This document shows, in pieces, positions 13,492-28,928 of a stretch of DNA of 64,000 nucleotides. Position 1 is the stretch's first letter. Every line of letters begins with the position of its first letter. The DNA is from Eledone cirrhosa (lineage: Eukaryota). Both the position numbers and the translations under genes were made by a program. The DNA is taken from positions 345,774,001 through 345,838,000 of the forward strand of contig OZ024740.1 of assembly GCA_964016885.1 (NCBI GenBank). The letters run 5' to 3'. Below the pieces are notes generated by a model. The model was not told where the DNA came from and made no database searches. It saw only the letters and a program-made list of their open reading frames with translations.

Positions 13492-15306
<1,815 letters not shown>

Positions 15307-18300
15307 AGTGGCACCGGTAAGGTATTGTCAGCCATTGAAAATAAATATGGAGAGTCGATCTAACAGCACTAGGGTTAGAGCCCCTAATTACACTGTCAAG
15401 GAGCAGTCTGATCTTTATGACTCTGCTGGCTTAGAGCCACATGGAGGGCCAGTGGATGATGGATCAGCTGTCTCTGAGACAAATATAAAGAATGCAGTTT
15501 TGTCCTGCATAAGAGCCATCAAAATGGGCATTTTGAATGTGAGGACCATTCGGATGCTGGAGAAGAGAGTGGAGTTGGGACATCTGTTCGAGGAGAGTGG
15601 TATAAAGATACTTGCGATCCAAGAACACAGGATCCTACATGATGAGCCCGTGAGGAGTGTAATGATTGGGAAGAGGAGCCAGCTCATCACCACATCGGCA
15701 GTGAGGAACATGACCAATGCTGCAGTGGGAGGAGTGGGTTTTGTTTTCAGCACAAAAACCAGTCTATTGGTGAGGGAAATAATGCCTGTCTCCCCGCAAG
15801 TGTTGAGGGTGACCTCCAATGGAAACCCAAGACTGACAGTGATCTCAGCCTATAGTCCAACCGAAGGAGACAGTGATGTGAGTGCGGAAGAGATTCATGA
15901 GGAGGTGTGTAGAGCTATCAACACCACAGAAGCACACAACACCCTGCTTGTTTTGGGGGACTTCAATGCACATCTGAGTAAGGAGGGCAGTGAAGTCCTT
16001 GCTGGTACATCCATAAGAACACCAACCGAAATGGAAGACTACTGAGAGACACCCTGCTGGAAGCGAACTTGATAGCGACCAACCTAAGGTTTAGGAAGAA
16101 TCTGGGGAAGATGTGGACCTACATCTCAGATATGCACCTGTCCAAGTCCCAGATTGATTTCATTCTGGTGAGGAAAAAGTGGCGGAATAGTGTTCTGAAC
16201 ACAGAACCATACAACTATTTCAGTACACTGGGTAGTGACCACCGGCTTGTTATGAGTGAGGTCCGGGTGAACTGAAGAAAGAGCAAGGCTCAGCCCCGGA
16301 GAGCAATCTGTGACTGGGGAGCTTTCAAGGAAGATGATAAGCTACAGGAGAGGTTCACAGTGGAAGTGAGGAGCAGGTTCAGTGCTCTGTTTGGAGAGAC
16401 AGAGGAGAGAGAGATTGGATGGACTGATGAGAGTGTGACGAGGAGGTACGGGCACTTCACCAATGCAGTGGCGGAAGCAAGTGAGACTCTGGTGCCGAGG
16501 AAAAAGAACAAAAGGATGCACGTCAGCTCTGCAAACCCAATAGTGTGTGCAGCCAGAGAACACCTGAAAGCTACCAAGGACCAATTCTAAGCTGATCCTA
16601 CTGAGGAGAGGATGGAGACTGTGGAGGTGATGAAGGAAGAACACTGTACTGCTTACACTGAGGCCAGAGAGGAGGCACTGATAGAGAAGACCAGAAGTGT
16701 CGAGAAAGCGGTTGACAGATCTGGATGTAAGGAGAGCTGGATGATCATCAACGAGATCACAGGGAGGAAGAGCAGGTGTTCGAGTCAGATCCAGGGAACA
16801 GAGCCCGAGGACAGGAAGAGGAAATGGCTAGACCATTTTAGGACCCTACTAGGAGAGCCACCCTCCACAGCCCAGAGCACTGGGGAGATCAAGCGGCTGT
16901 TTGAAGAACTGGATATTGAGACAGTGCCCTTCACCAGAGAGCAGCTTCAGAGAGCTAAGAAGTGGATCAAGGAGGACAAGGCTCATGGAGAAGATTGAGA
17001 GGCATCAGAGGTGATGAAGAGGTGTGATTTTGATGATATCATCCTGGGGTTCTGTGACCAGGCACTGGAGAAAGGAGTTGCCCCGAATCAGTGGAGGATC
17101 AGTAACATCGTCCCAGTACCAAAGAAGGGAGATCTCTCTAACACCAACAACTACAGGAGTTTCTCACTGACGTCAATTGTGGCAAAGACCCTCAACAGGA
17201 TCCAGCCTGAGATGGAGAAGAAGCTCGGGGACAACCAGAACGGCTTCAGAGAGGGTAGATCAACCACCCGTCACATCCTGATGCTGAGGAGGATATTAGA
17301 GGGAGCTAGAGCAAAGTGCCTTCGTGCGGTCATGGTTTTCTTTGACTTTAGGAAGGCCTTTGATTCTGTGGACTGTCACTGCCTGATGAAGATCTTACAG
17401 GCTTATAGAATCCCCAAGAAGATAGTGGACCTGATATCACTGCCCTACACCAACACCAAAGCCCAAGTCATTACACCTGATGGGATGACAGAGTTCTTTG
17501 AGATACTGGCAGGAGTGCTCCAGGGAGATACATTGGCTCCCTACCTTTTTATCATCGTAGTGGACTATTGTATGCGCCTTGCACTGGAGAAATACCAGGA
17601 CTCTGGCTTTACTGTAGCACCGGCTCAGAGCAAGAGAGTTAAGGCGAAAAAGATATCAGATGCTGAATTTGCCGACGACATAATTTTGGTGACAAATCAG
17701 TGAAGGAGGCAGATGATTTGATGCAGGAGGTTGAGACTGTGTTGATGAGTGTGGGGATGAGAATCAATGAGACTAAAACAAAATATCTGGTAGAGAATGT
17801 TGAGAAGCCAGAAGGGATCACTAATGTAGGCGGGAAGCCGCTAGAATTGGTTGAGGACTTCCTCTATATGGGAGCAAAGATTGGGAATACGGAAGATGAT
17901 GTGGTTGAGAGGAAGAACAAAGTCTGTGCGGCGTACCACAGCTTGAGATCGGTGTGGAAGTCGGACCTTCGTAAAGACCTGAAAATCCGCTTCTTCATTG
18001 CTGTACGGGTCTGAGACTTGGACACTGGCTAAGAAACTCACTCAGATAGTGGATGGATGCTACACGAGGATGCTGAGGATGTCTCTGAACATTAATCAGT
18101 ATACACTGAGGATGAAAAACTCAGAGCTGTATGGGAGCCTCCCAAAAGTCAGCTCAAAACTGACACAGAGGAGACTGAGGTTAGCTGGACATGCTCACCG
18201 ACATCCAGAGTTGACATTGCACTCACTGCTCCTGTGGGAGACCCTACATGGACACACTGAAAGAAGAAGACCAAGGTGAACATATGTTGATGCCCTAAGG

Positions 18301-18405
18301 ACAGACACTGGTCTGTTGGAGACGCAGGACATGGCAGCGATAATGAGGGACAGAGACCGCTGGAGAGAACTCGTCCATGAATCTCGGGAATTTTACCTGC
18401 CCTAG
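15307..18405 (+). mobile_element. Near-full-length decayed RTE-clade LINE (APE endonuclease + RT)
   Basis: ATG at 15347. EN motifs GILNVRT, LAIQEHR, LGDFNA, QIDFIL, SDH; RT motifs YRSFSLTS, QNGFR, DFRKAFDSV, GVLQGD, FADDI; C-terminal RLRLAGHAHR; stop at 18403-18405. Several stops and frameshifts. Confidence 0.92.
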
Positions 18406-19439
18406 AATATATATATGAAACTTAACTACGGACCACTGCAATATTACTCGATGCCACACTCTGCGGTTTCTACCTCTCTATAAGCAAGAACAATACTATT
18501 AACATTCTCAATTAAATAAAAATGTAAGATGACAAATGCGACTCAGTAAAAACAATAACAACAGCATCCCAAATACTAAACTCAATCATAGTCACCAAAT
18601 GTATCTTCATCAACAACTGCAGCTGCAACACCAATTACAATATTCCCAACCGAATAACTAATCCGCTTCAAGCAATAAAAAAGTGTATTAAAAACTATCA
18701 CCTATGGAATACAAACAACATTTATCTTGAAGAATAACAGCAACAACAAATAATAAATAAACATTAATGTCAGTAGTTCTAGCAACGTCAACTGAGAAGA
18801 GAAGTGAAAGTGACGACTGCAATTGTAGAAACATTAACAATTACAGCTGCAGTAATATCGGAGAAGCAGTAAGATCATTGGCAACGAAAACAATTGCTAA
18901 CTGAAACACCAAGAAAAGTAAACATTATCATCATAGTAGTAATATTATTGATTAAAATATCGCCGGAACAAGTAACTTTGATATCAATATGAACTATAGT
19001 GCGAATATAAAAATTAATTTCTAACTTTTTTTCCGTGGCATGTTTAGAAATGAAAGGAAAGCACTGAGCATTTTTCTAGAATCTGTTGAATATATCCTTA
19101 AGAGATTTATGAGAGGAATTCTATCAAAGAGTATACATTCTTTTTTGTGACCATGCTCATCAACCCAGAGGCTTATCACGGATATTTCAACAAAGTAGAC
19201 TCGCGTCTAAATAGTTCACACGCGAGTTCACATGCTTGTCTGAAACTATCCGATCGAAAGCAGCAACGGTTTTTCAAACGGGCTTCCTATGCTTTGGTCG
19301 AACTGTGTCTATTGTAGAAAGGCACATACCGTTATAATAAAAACAACAATCATAAAAAACAAATAATAATATTGATTTCTACATTAGTCTCACAGGGCTC
19401 ACATTAAGAAAACATCAAAACGGCACAGGAGGATAGAGT

Positions 19440-20660
19440 TTTTTTTTGTGTTAAATAACATTTATAACAGATACTAAGAAAACAAACATAAAAAAACAGA
19501 CATAACACATTCCCCAAAGATGGAGGCTCACTCATGGAGGGGGCCCACAAAAAGCCACACACTCGCTGTCCACTAGGGAAAATTGCCCCGTCCCAGTTAT
19601 TCTCCTCCAATCTACAGTAGATTACTCAAGACAAGCCCATTTACGTGGACCATGCTCACTACTGTCAGCCACCTTTCAGTAAACTGGTTTGAAGGAAGAA
19701 CTTCTGTCTCCACTCTGCATTTCCTCTTCAAGAGAAACCCGAAAAAGTTAATCAGAGCTTCATCAAAGCTATGGCCAACAGGCAAATAAAATCTGCCTGT
19801 CCTCCCCCTCTAAAGAATGACGATGGTGCGATTTTCACAATGGACTCAGTTGATCGTGGGATAGATAGGTGGCAGCAGGTGTACGACATAAACCCACGCG
19901 TCTGCAATACTCGGACACACAATGTTGGCGTACATCATGGACTAGCCCATCTGCCGGCAGGTCCATGTGTTTAGAGTTTATCCCGAACTGGAAAATCTAC
20001 TCAGTAGCACTGTAAATCCTGGGATATCTGGAAGTTATCCATGAGCCCTGGAGCAAACGTGATTTGGAAAAGAGAATTTAGTTGATTTTCCTCAACTCCC
20101 AGGGCCTGCCCAAGAACGTCGAATATTTTTCTCACAACTAACCTTTATAGATGGCCAAGGTGGTGTTTCAAACAATCGTACTACTCGAGTGGCTGAGAGC
20201 TGTGAGCGTGAGAAGACATTCCACTCTCTAAGCGCTCCCTTTCGTTCTTAGCTTGAAATAAGACAGCTCTGTTAAGGAGACGAGCTGCAGAAAAACGTGT
20301 CTGACAAACGGGGACCACACCTGTTCACCACCAAGGAAAAGTTGAAGGTGTCGTCCCCTCAGTGCATGTTTGTGCATAGTCTACCACGTTATGTCCATTC
20401 CTCGACGTAGCAGGTGTTGACAGCAGATGGAGCACCAGACCAATGGAATCTGTTCCTTCCACAAAAAGCGAAAGAGTAGATGCCCCAGTGCAGTCACTCA
20501 TTGACTGGGACAAGGCACGATGGTCAGGAAGTAGCAGATGAAGGACGCGATGTACGCGTTCACCACTTCTTCCCGTCCTTTCAAGGATAGCTTCTCGGCT
20601 GATTTCTGGGTGAGAAGAACAAACATGACGATTTCATCTACTGACATGGCTTCAAAGAGG
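19440..20660 (-). mobile_element. Highly decayed Tx1/L1-like LINE 3' fragment
   Basis: Similar to the 3' end at 36430-37150 (e.g. CACAATGGACTCAGT, TTCCTCTTCAAG, CCCCAA..GGAGG 3' UTR). Confidence 0.6.
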
Positions 20661-20762
20661 CTGTCTGCATGATTGTATATGAATCGAATATCATTATTAA
20701 TATTCGAAAATCTCAGATTGCATTTATTGTATTCAGCCAAGTACAGCGAAAAACCATTTGTG

Positions 20763-20936
20763 TTGGCAGTATCAGTAGAGGGTCGGACACCGTGCTTTCC
20801 AGCATAGTTACGTCCCTTTACCATCTGAGTTCAAATCCCGCCGAGGTTGACTTTGCCTTTCATCCTTACGAGGTCGATAAAATAAAGTACCAGTAATGCA
20901 CTGGGTAATTGCTGGCTTTGTACCTAAAGCAGAAAC

Positions 20937-20940
<4 letters not shown>
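20763..20940 (+). mobile_element. tRNA-derived SINE
   Basis: Matches the 3841-4019 copy. Confidence 0.9.
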
Positions 20941-20967
<27 letters not shown>

Positions 20968-20972
<5 letters not shown>

Positions 20973-21392
20973 ATGCTTTGGGAGGGTCATGTTGCCAATA
21001 AGAAACACACGCACCAGTTGCTTTCGCTCCAATTTATTATAAGTTAAATTTATAAATTGAAGAATTTATAAATTTCCGGTTGGTTGGATGGTTCCACAAC
21101 CGGACGGTTGTTTATATATTGTCAAAGAAAAGAATCCCCAGTCACTGAAGAGGTCACAGAATGTGTGACGAAAGAACTTTGACAATATATGAACAACCGT
21201 CCGGCTGTGGAACCAACCAATCAACCGGAAATTTATAAATTCTTAAATTTATAAATTTAACTTATAATAAATTGGAGTGAAAGCTATGGTGCGTGTGTTT
21301 CTTATTGGCAACATGACCTTCCCAAAGCATAACAATATCGGTTTCAACACACGTTTTCAGATAAAGAATCTTGCTAAACAAATTCAGAAAAG

Positions 21393-21395
<3 letters not shown>
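20968..21395. mobile_element. Family E foldback element with central HHR, in (TA)n
   Basis: Arms ~20968-21127 and ~21177-21335; tail 21336-21395. Confidence 0.8.
21141..21183 (+). ncRNA. Minimal hammerhead ribozyme (family E)
   Basis: GTCA-CTGAAGA-G-GTCACA gaatg TGTGAC-GAAA-GAAC-TT^-TGAC; stem III is one substitution from a palindrome (GTAC/GATC). Confidence 0.7.
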
Positions 21396-21467
<72 letters not shown>

Positions 21468-22910
21468 GATGCCTCCTTATGTGCTTATATAGATGTACGA
21501 TGAATTTATATCTGTCAATATACAGAATAAAAATACAAATGTGTAAATGCATATATATATATATATTTACGTATGTATAGTATATGTAATCATGCCATAT
21601 ATATGTATTTCATTTTAAATGAAAAAAGAATATTAAACAACTAGTTATGCTTTCATCAAAACACATGTATATCAGCTCTGGAATCACATAGACATTTGTA
21701 TTCGAAGATCGTATATACTCCACCACTTATAGTTTTATCCTGAAATAGACTTTTTACTTTGCATATTATTAGCGAGGATGTTGAGAGTTAATTGAGATAT
21801 ATATTTTGTTACGCGGAATATATTATAAAATTATATCTATATATACTGAATAGAAATAAATGTGGAAATAATTTAAGGCATTTTTTCATGAATAGACGTG
21901 TAACCATTGCAAATATACTTATTTCCCTGTAAATTGGAAAGAAGTATGTAATCACTTTTACCCTCTCTTCCAACCTCGTTAGAATTTCGCCAGAAGTCAG
22001 GTATAACATCGAAACAACCGCAGAGAATTGTGTAATCGAGGAGTTTATATACACTATCACCTATATTAGTATCTGGAAAAGGACGTACTAATTATCACTC
22101 ATGCTGGTAGTTAATTAAGATTTATATGAAGTTGTTTGCTAAGCAGCCGACATATATGATAAAGTTATATCTGTAATTATACAGAATTGAGGTAACCTAA
22201 ACTATATTACTCTATCTATAAAATTACACATGTTTATTATATAAACATGCATATTATATTGAGTGTTAACACTACTTTACATATAAAAAAAAGTAACACT
22301 AACGCTTACACATATCATGACAGAATGACCAGCAGCTAAACATTACTGCATGAGTTGACAACAGCATCTCCAGATAGAACTACCGATCTTTGAAGCTGCT
22401 ACGACCACCCTGCTGCTGCTACTGTTGCTGCTGAATTCACTGCATTTGTCAATGTTGAAGATATGAGAGAGGAGAAGGAGTCGGAAGAGGGTAGCGATAA
22501 TGACTAGCTGTCGAAGTGTCACAACACATGCCGTTTATTTTTTAACTAGATCTAATTCGGGCCCTGATTTCCTTCCTCACTCACTATCACAATTTTATTT
22601 ATTTATGTTTATATAATATTTAGCTTTTAGTATTTATTATATGTATGTATTTAAGTATATATATATATATATATATCTATACACACACACTCACAGACAC
22701 ACACACACACAGACAAACGCACACACACACACACACATACACACACACACATACATACACACACATACAAACATATAGATATATATATTCTGCTGAACAA
22801 TCACTTAAGACCTCCCATTAGCTTTTTTTTAACGTCCATTTCTCGCAAGCTTCCTCCGTGGATCTTTATCTGTAAATCTATCTGTCCCTTTACACAGACA
22901 TACAGTCACA

Positions 22911-22950
<40 letters not shown>

Positions 22951-23612
22951 CACACACATACATGCGCATACATTCATAAACAATGACACACGTGCACACA
23001 CACTCACATATATACTTAAATGTGCACATATATCATAGTATGACATGCAATCTCGTACTACATATATATATATATGTGTATCTGTCTAAACCTTTCTCCT
23101 TCTCTTATTTTCCACTCTCTTAAACACTATCTCCCTGCCCTCAATTTCTCATACTGTGGCTATCTGTTTCTCTATATTTTATGCTTCTTCATCATTTAGG
23201 CTCTCGCTCTCGCTCTCTCTCTCCTCTTACCCCTGCCGTATTTTTATATGTAGCCTGAAGGGCAGTCTGAGCACAAAGTCCCATGCTGTGACTACTTCTC
23301 TTTCAGAAACGGCGAGCCGTCAAGCAACGTACTGAAGTGACTGTTCAATTCAACGCCTCGCTACACTAGACATCGTGAGCAGTCACGCAGCTTCCTTGGA
23401 AGTCCATTAGGGAAACATTGCTGTGGCATTAGCCCAAATCTGTTCCGCGACACATCACTCGTTAACCTTCTTTTCTTGTTGATTTCTTGTTTTCTTTTTT
23501 TCCTTTCATATTCATTCATTTTTTTTTCTTTCCTTACACTAACCACATGGGGGTGCAGTCATTTCCATCCTGGTTTTTTCGACAACAGGAAAAAAAATAT
23601 TTATAAATACTT

Positions 23613-23661
23613 AGAAGAAGAAGAAGAAGAAGAAGAAGAAGAAGAAGAAGAAGAAGAAGAA
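23613..23661. repeat. (GAA)n microsatellite
   Basis: Direct reading. Confidence 0.95.
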
Positions 23662-23823
23662 AACAAAAATAGAATAGAACATTAAACACGAGAAAATATA
23701 AAAGGTCATTACAGACTATAAATTTATGTAGGCAAAACTAAGATAAATAAATAAACATAATGAAGGATATATTTCCTTGTTAAGTGTTGACACTGTTAAT
23801 AGAAATACACACATACGTTACTA

Positions 23824-23913
<90 letters not shown>

Positions 23914-24092
23914 TGCGTGCTGTGTGTATGTGAATTGAAAAGGACATTAAATTAATGCGTAAGGTCAATTTAACATTAAACAATAATAATCATAGGGTAA
24001 GATGGATATAAATAAAATATGGATGTCAATAAAACAACAGTAAATACCTACTCTGTCAAGTAATGCCGAATACTTCCGTTTTTAAACAACTG

Positions 24093-24128
<36 letters not shown>

Positions 24129-24139
24129 TTTGTATTTTG

Positions 24140-24204
<65 letters not shown>

Positions 24205-24827
24205 TTATGTATTTTATGTATTATATATATATATATATATATATATAAATATGTGTGTGCCTACATCTATATGTATATGTGTATGCATGTGTGAGAGAAT
24301 GAAATACAAAGGAAATAAATCAATATCGGTACCATAGATTTTTAGAAACAATTGCCAAGTGATATATTGTATTCAGTATAAATTGATATTTACCTCGTAT
24401 TTGTTCAAAGAAAAGATAAATCCAAAAGAAAAGTTTAGTAAGCCTCCAAATAGTGATAATTCGAAGAAATTAATGACTCCTATACAATATAAACGCCCAA
24501 TATAAATGTGTGGTGTTAGAGGAGATGCAAAGAGTACTCAATGCCAAAGTAGAGTTTTAATATTCTGTATTTTGCGTGATGAATTTTATTACAGGAAGAG
24601 GAATTAGTGTTAGCAAACTTTAGTGAAATATCAAAATTTGCTTACCTCGTATAGTAGGACGAATATTCAAGGTTCTGGGGTGATATTTGCCTCATCCAAG
24701 ACGAAATTCTTAACCGGAACTTTTAGGTGCCCAATGCAGAGCCCAGTAATTGAAAGGCTGACAAAGACGTGGAGTGTTCTGAGTGACGTTATGTATAGAA
24801 AATCCCCCGTGTGGGACCGCCAAACGT

Positions 24828-25325
24828 AGATATTATATGTATTGCATGTATACTTTATAAGATATTATATGTATAATTTAGAAGATGTTATATATGTAAT
24901 TTATATGATATTATATTTGTAATTTATAAGATATTATATGTATAACTTATAAAATATTATATGTGTAATCCATAAGATATTATATGTATTATTTATAAGT
25001 TATGTGTAATTTATAATGTAATATATGTGTAATTTATAAGATATTACATATATAATTTATAAGATATTATATGTGTAATTTATAAGATATAATTGTTTCT
25101 ACTTTAGGCACAAGGCCAGCAATTACCCAGTGTATTACTGGTACTTTATTTTATCGACCCTGTAAGGATGAAAGGCAAAGTCAACCTCGGGGGGATTTGA
25201 ACTCAGATCGTAAAGGGACGTAACTATGCTGGAAAGCATGGCGTCCGACTCTCTACCGATACTGCCAATCAAGATATAATACATGTAATTTATAAGATAT
25301 TAAATGTGTAATTTATAAGTAATAT
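24828..25325. repeat. ~23-bp AT-rich minisatellite (AATTTATAAGATATTATATGTGT) interrupted by a SINE
   Basis: About a dozen degenerate units. Confidence 0.85.
25094..25270 (-). mobile_element. Full-length tRNA-derived SINE
   Basis: 10-bp TSD AAGATATAAT (25084-25093, 25271-25280). Confidence 0.9.
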
Positions 25326-25382
25326 CTTGTTTATATATTCTGTTTTTCTTTATATTTATATACGTTTTATGTTCATTATTTA

Positions 25383-25541
25383 GGGTCGGACGCCATGCTT
25401 TCCAGCATACTTACGCCCCTATACGATTTGAGTTCGAATCCCGCCGAGGTTGACTTTGCCTTTCATCCTTACGGGGGTCGATAAAATAAAGTACCAGTAA
25501 TGCACTGGTAAATTGCTGGGCTTGTGCCTAAAGTAGAAACA
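25383..25541 (+). mobile_element. Slightly 5'-truncated SINE
   Basis: 8-bp TSD ATTATTTA (25375-25382, 25542-25549). Confidence 0.9.
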
Positions 25542-26096
25542 ATTATTTATACAAAGGTTTTTATTTAATGTCTGCTTTAGATATCCCATCTTATTTTTGT
25601 ATAACGTTGTCCTGTTTATTCTGAACATTTTTTTTTAGAAATTCGACAAACATTAACCTTTCATATAATTGCATGTATAAATGATAATACATGGAATTGC
25701 ACATAGTGGTTAAACAAAGAAATCCACATCACTATCATCATCATCACGATTATTATTATTATTATTGCTGTTGTTGTTTTTATTGTTATCATTATTACTA
25801 CTATTATAATCAATAAGAAACACCTCAAAGAACCATAGCAATGATGATAATTATTTTAATGTCAGGTGTCATAGCGGAAAAGTTTATTGGATCAAGTCAA
25901 CAGAGATGTTAGAAACTATAACTATAATTTCTTTCACCCAACATAAATGGAGGTCAGATTGCCAATCACAATGGACAATTCTTTCAACATATCTGCGGTT
26001 TCAGTGTGTATATGCTCGTTTATATTTCTGATGTTTGTTTGTAAGCGATTTTACTGCTTATAAATATCTACGAATATCTTTGTGACTGCATATGCT

Positions 26097-26147
<51 letters not shown>

Positions 26148-26149
<2 letters not shown>

Positions 26150-26348
26150 CGAAGGAAATGTGGTAAGGAACCAGGTGGACCATAACGCACCAAATTACTC
26201 AATACTTAGTGTAGTAGAGTGGGTAATAGGAATGAGTAGGACCACGACGGCTGAGCTCAAGCTGTTTCGACGGCTAATTCTGGACTCTTTTTAGTCCAGA
26301 ATTAGCCGTCGAAACGGATTGAGCTCAGCCGTCGGGATCCTACTCGTT

Positions 26349-26352
<4 letters not shown>
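26148..26352. mobile_element. Family C foldback in (TA)n with 3' half of an HHR
   Basis: 60-bp arms 26227-26286 and 26293-26352; GAAA-CGG(A/C)T-TGAGCTC-AGCCG-TC^ at 26311-26333; no CUGANGA retained. Confidence 0.7.
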
Positions 26353-26394
<42 letters not shown>

Positions 26395-26436
26395 TGTAGA
26401 ATACATGTATAAACGTATGTATGTGTACATATGTGT

Positions 26437-26476
<40 letters not shown>

Positions 26477-26608
26477 GTGAGGTTTTTTTTACAAAATGAA
26501 AAATAACCGAGGTATCCTACACGAGTGAAAGTATAAAGAAAAAGAGATGAAATCGAAAATGCAACTGGAGTCTTATTTTTTTAAAAATATATATATATTT
26601 ATTTGGTT

Positions 26609-26646
26609 CCTTTACCGGTTTCGCAGTTCTTCTGCTTTTCAAAAGG
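26609..26646 (-). ncRNA. Hammerhead-like motif with variant core UUGAAAA (family F)
   Basis: Exact reverse complement of 28371-28408. Confidence 0.55.
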
Positions 26647-27166
26647 TGAGTTGAGATGGAGGGTCTGTGGTTTTTCTCACATCTGGTTGGTCTCTGAATG
26701 TTACTTGTTTTATATGGAAAAAGTGGCTGGAAATGCCAGGTTTTTCGAGAAGTAATTTGATTGGTTTGTCAATAATTATAATAAATTTCGCGACAGTTCG
26801 CGTCACCATAGTTCTTCAAATAAGAGGGGGGGGGGGGGGGGTTGTCGCAGGTTGTTTTTTCATATATGAGTGTTTGAATTTCTTTTCACTTGAAAAAAAG
26901 AGGCCCACGAAGGCTTTTTTGGGGGTTGGTTATAAATGAAATTATGGCTGTCACGTGAACAAATTTTCATTAAATTTTTGTGCCCTTATTTGGAAATCCA
27001 TTCTGTAGCCTTTTTACAGAATTTTTTGATAAGTGAAAGATAAGGGTCAAGAGAAAGGGATGGGAGAATTGTTCTGGTTCAGTGAATATGGTTAGTTCGC
27101 TGGGGTGTCAGAATTCAGATTTTCTATTGAATAAAGAAAGTAAAGATATGTGTGTTTATTTGTGTG

Positions 27167-27266
<100 letters not shown>

Positions 27267-27876
27267 AATTTCTTTACTTAAAAAAAAAGGTGGCTCACGA
27301 AGGCTTTTTTTTAATAAACGTGATTTGATTGGATATAAATGAAATTTGGCTGTCACGTGAACAAGTTTTCATTACATTTTTGCGCCCTTATTTGGAAAAC
27401 TATTCTGTAGTCTTTATAGCGAATGTTATGACAATGGAAAGATAGTGGTCAAGAGAAATGGGATTGGGAGAATTGTTCTGGAACAATTCTCCCAATCCCA
27501 TTTCTCTTGACCACTATCTTTCCATTGTCATGACATTCGCTATTAAGATTACAGAATAGTTTTCCAAATAAGGGCGCAAAAATGTAATGAAAACTTGTTC
27601 ACGTGACAGCCAAATTTCATTTATAACCAATCAAATCACGTTTATTAAAAAAAAGCCTTCGTGAGCCACCTTTTTTTAAAGTAAAGAAATTCAAACACAC
27701 ACACACACACACGCGCGCGCGCACACACACACACAAGTACACAAATAAACACACATATCTTTATTTTCTTTATTCAATAGAAAATCTGAATTCTGACACC
27801 CCAGCGAACTAACCATATTCACTGAACCAGAACAATTCTCCCATCCCTTTCTCTTGACCATTATCTTTCACTTATC

Positions 27877-27976
27877 CCGCCGAGGTTAACTTTGCCTTTC
27901 ATCCTTACGGGGTCGATAAAATAAAGTACCAGTAATGTACTGGGTAATTTCTGGCCTTGTGCCAATAGTAGAAACA
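27877..27976 (+). mobile_element. 5'-truncated SINE inserted in one foldback arm
   Basis: 17-bp TSD ATTATCTTTCACTTATC (27860-27876, 27977-27993); absent from the mirror arm. Confidence 0.92.
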
Positions 27977-28370
27977 ATTATCTTTCACTTATCAAAAAAT
28001 TCTCTAAAAAGGCTACAGAATGGATTTCCAAATAAGGGCACAACAATTTAATGAAAATTTGTTCACGTGACAGCCATAATTTCATTTATAACCAACCAAA
28101 AAAAAAGCCTTTGTGAGCCTCCTTTTTTCAAGTAAAAAGAAATTCAAACACTCATATATGAAAAAACAACCTGCGACAACCCCCCTCCTCTCTTATTTGA
28201 AGAACTATTGTAACGCGAACTGGCGCGAAATTTATTATAATTATTGACAAACCAATTAAATTACTTCTCGAAAAACCTGGCATTTCGAGCCACTTTTTTC
28301 CATCTAAAACAAGTAACATTCAGAGACCAACCAGATGTGAGAAAAACCACAGACCCTCCATCTCAACTCA

Positions 28371-28408
28371 CCTTTTGAAAAGCAGAAGAACTGCGAAACC
28401 GGTAAAGG
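28371..28408 (+). ncRNA. Hammerhead-like motif with variant core UUGAAAA (family F)
   Basis: CCTT-TTGAAAA-GCAG aagaa CTGC-GAAA-CCGG-TA^-AAGG; stems I and II perfect, stem III palindromic. Confidence 0.6.
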
Positions 28409-28481
28409 AACCAAATAAATAAATATATATTTAAAAAAAAATAAGACTCCAGTTGCATTTTCGATTTCATCGCTTTTTCTT

Positions 28482-28526
<45 letters not shown>

Positions 28527-28537
28527 CAATGAATTTA

Positions 28538-28743
<206 letters not shown>

Positions 28744-28928
28744 GGGAACGTCATATTGTTATACTATTGTTAGAAATAATGATAAAACACAGTCACTATT
28801 TGGTTTGGATTGGTTTTCGCTTTTGCATATTCTTTAACACTATACAAAATTTAGCTGGATAGCAATGTTTATCATCGGTTGAAAATATATATTTAGTCTA
28901 TGAAAGTTCTTTCATTACACACCTGTGG

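Larger units (their letters stand above)
12688..13495. mobile_element. Family D element: two tandem HHR units (320-bp period) plus one inverted unit, in (TA)n
   Basis: CTGACGA cores at 13016 and 13336 (+) and 12821-12827 (-), with homologous flanks. Confidence 0.8.

Noticed and set aside
22300-23470. GC-richer unique segments that might be exons
   Set aside because: No convincing splice-site pair or recognisable peptide found by eye.
24828-25325. Regularly repeated 23-mer resembling a CRISPR array
   Set aside because: Head-to-tail minisatellite with no unique spacers, in eukaryotic context.
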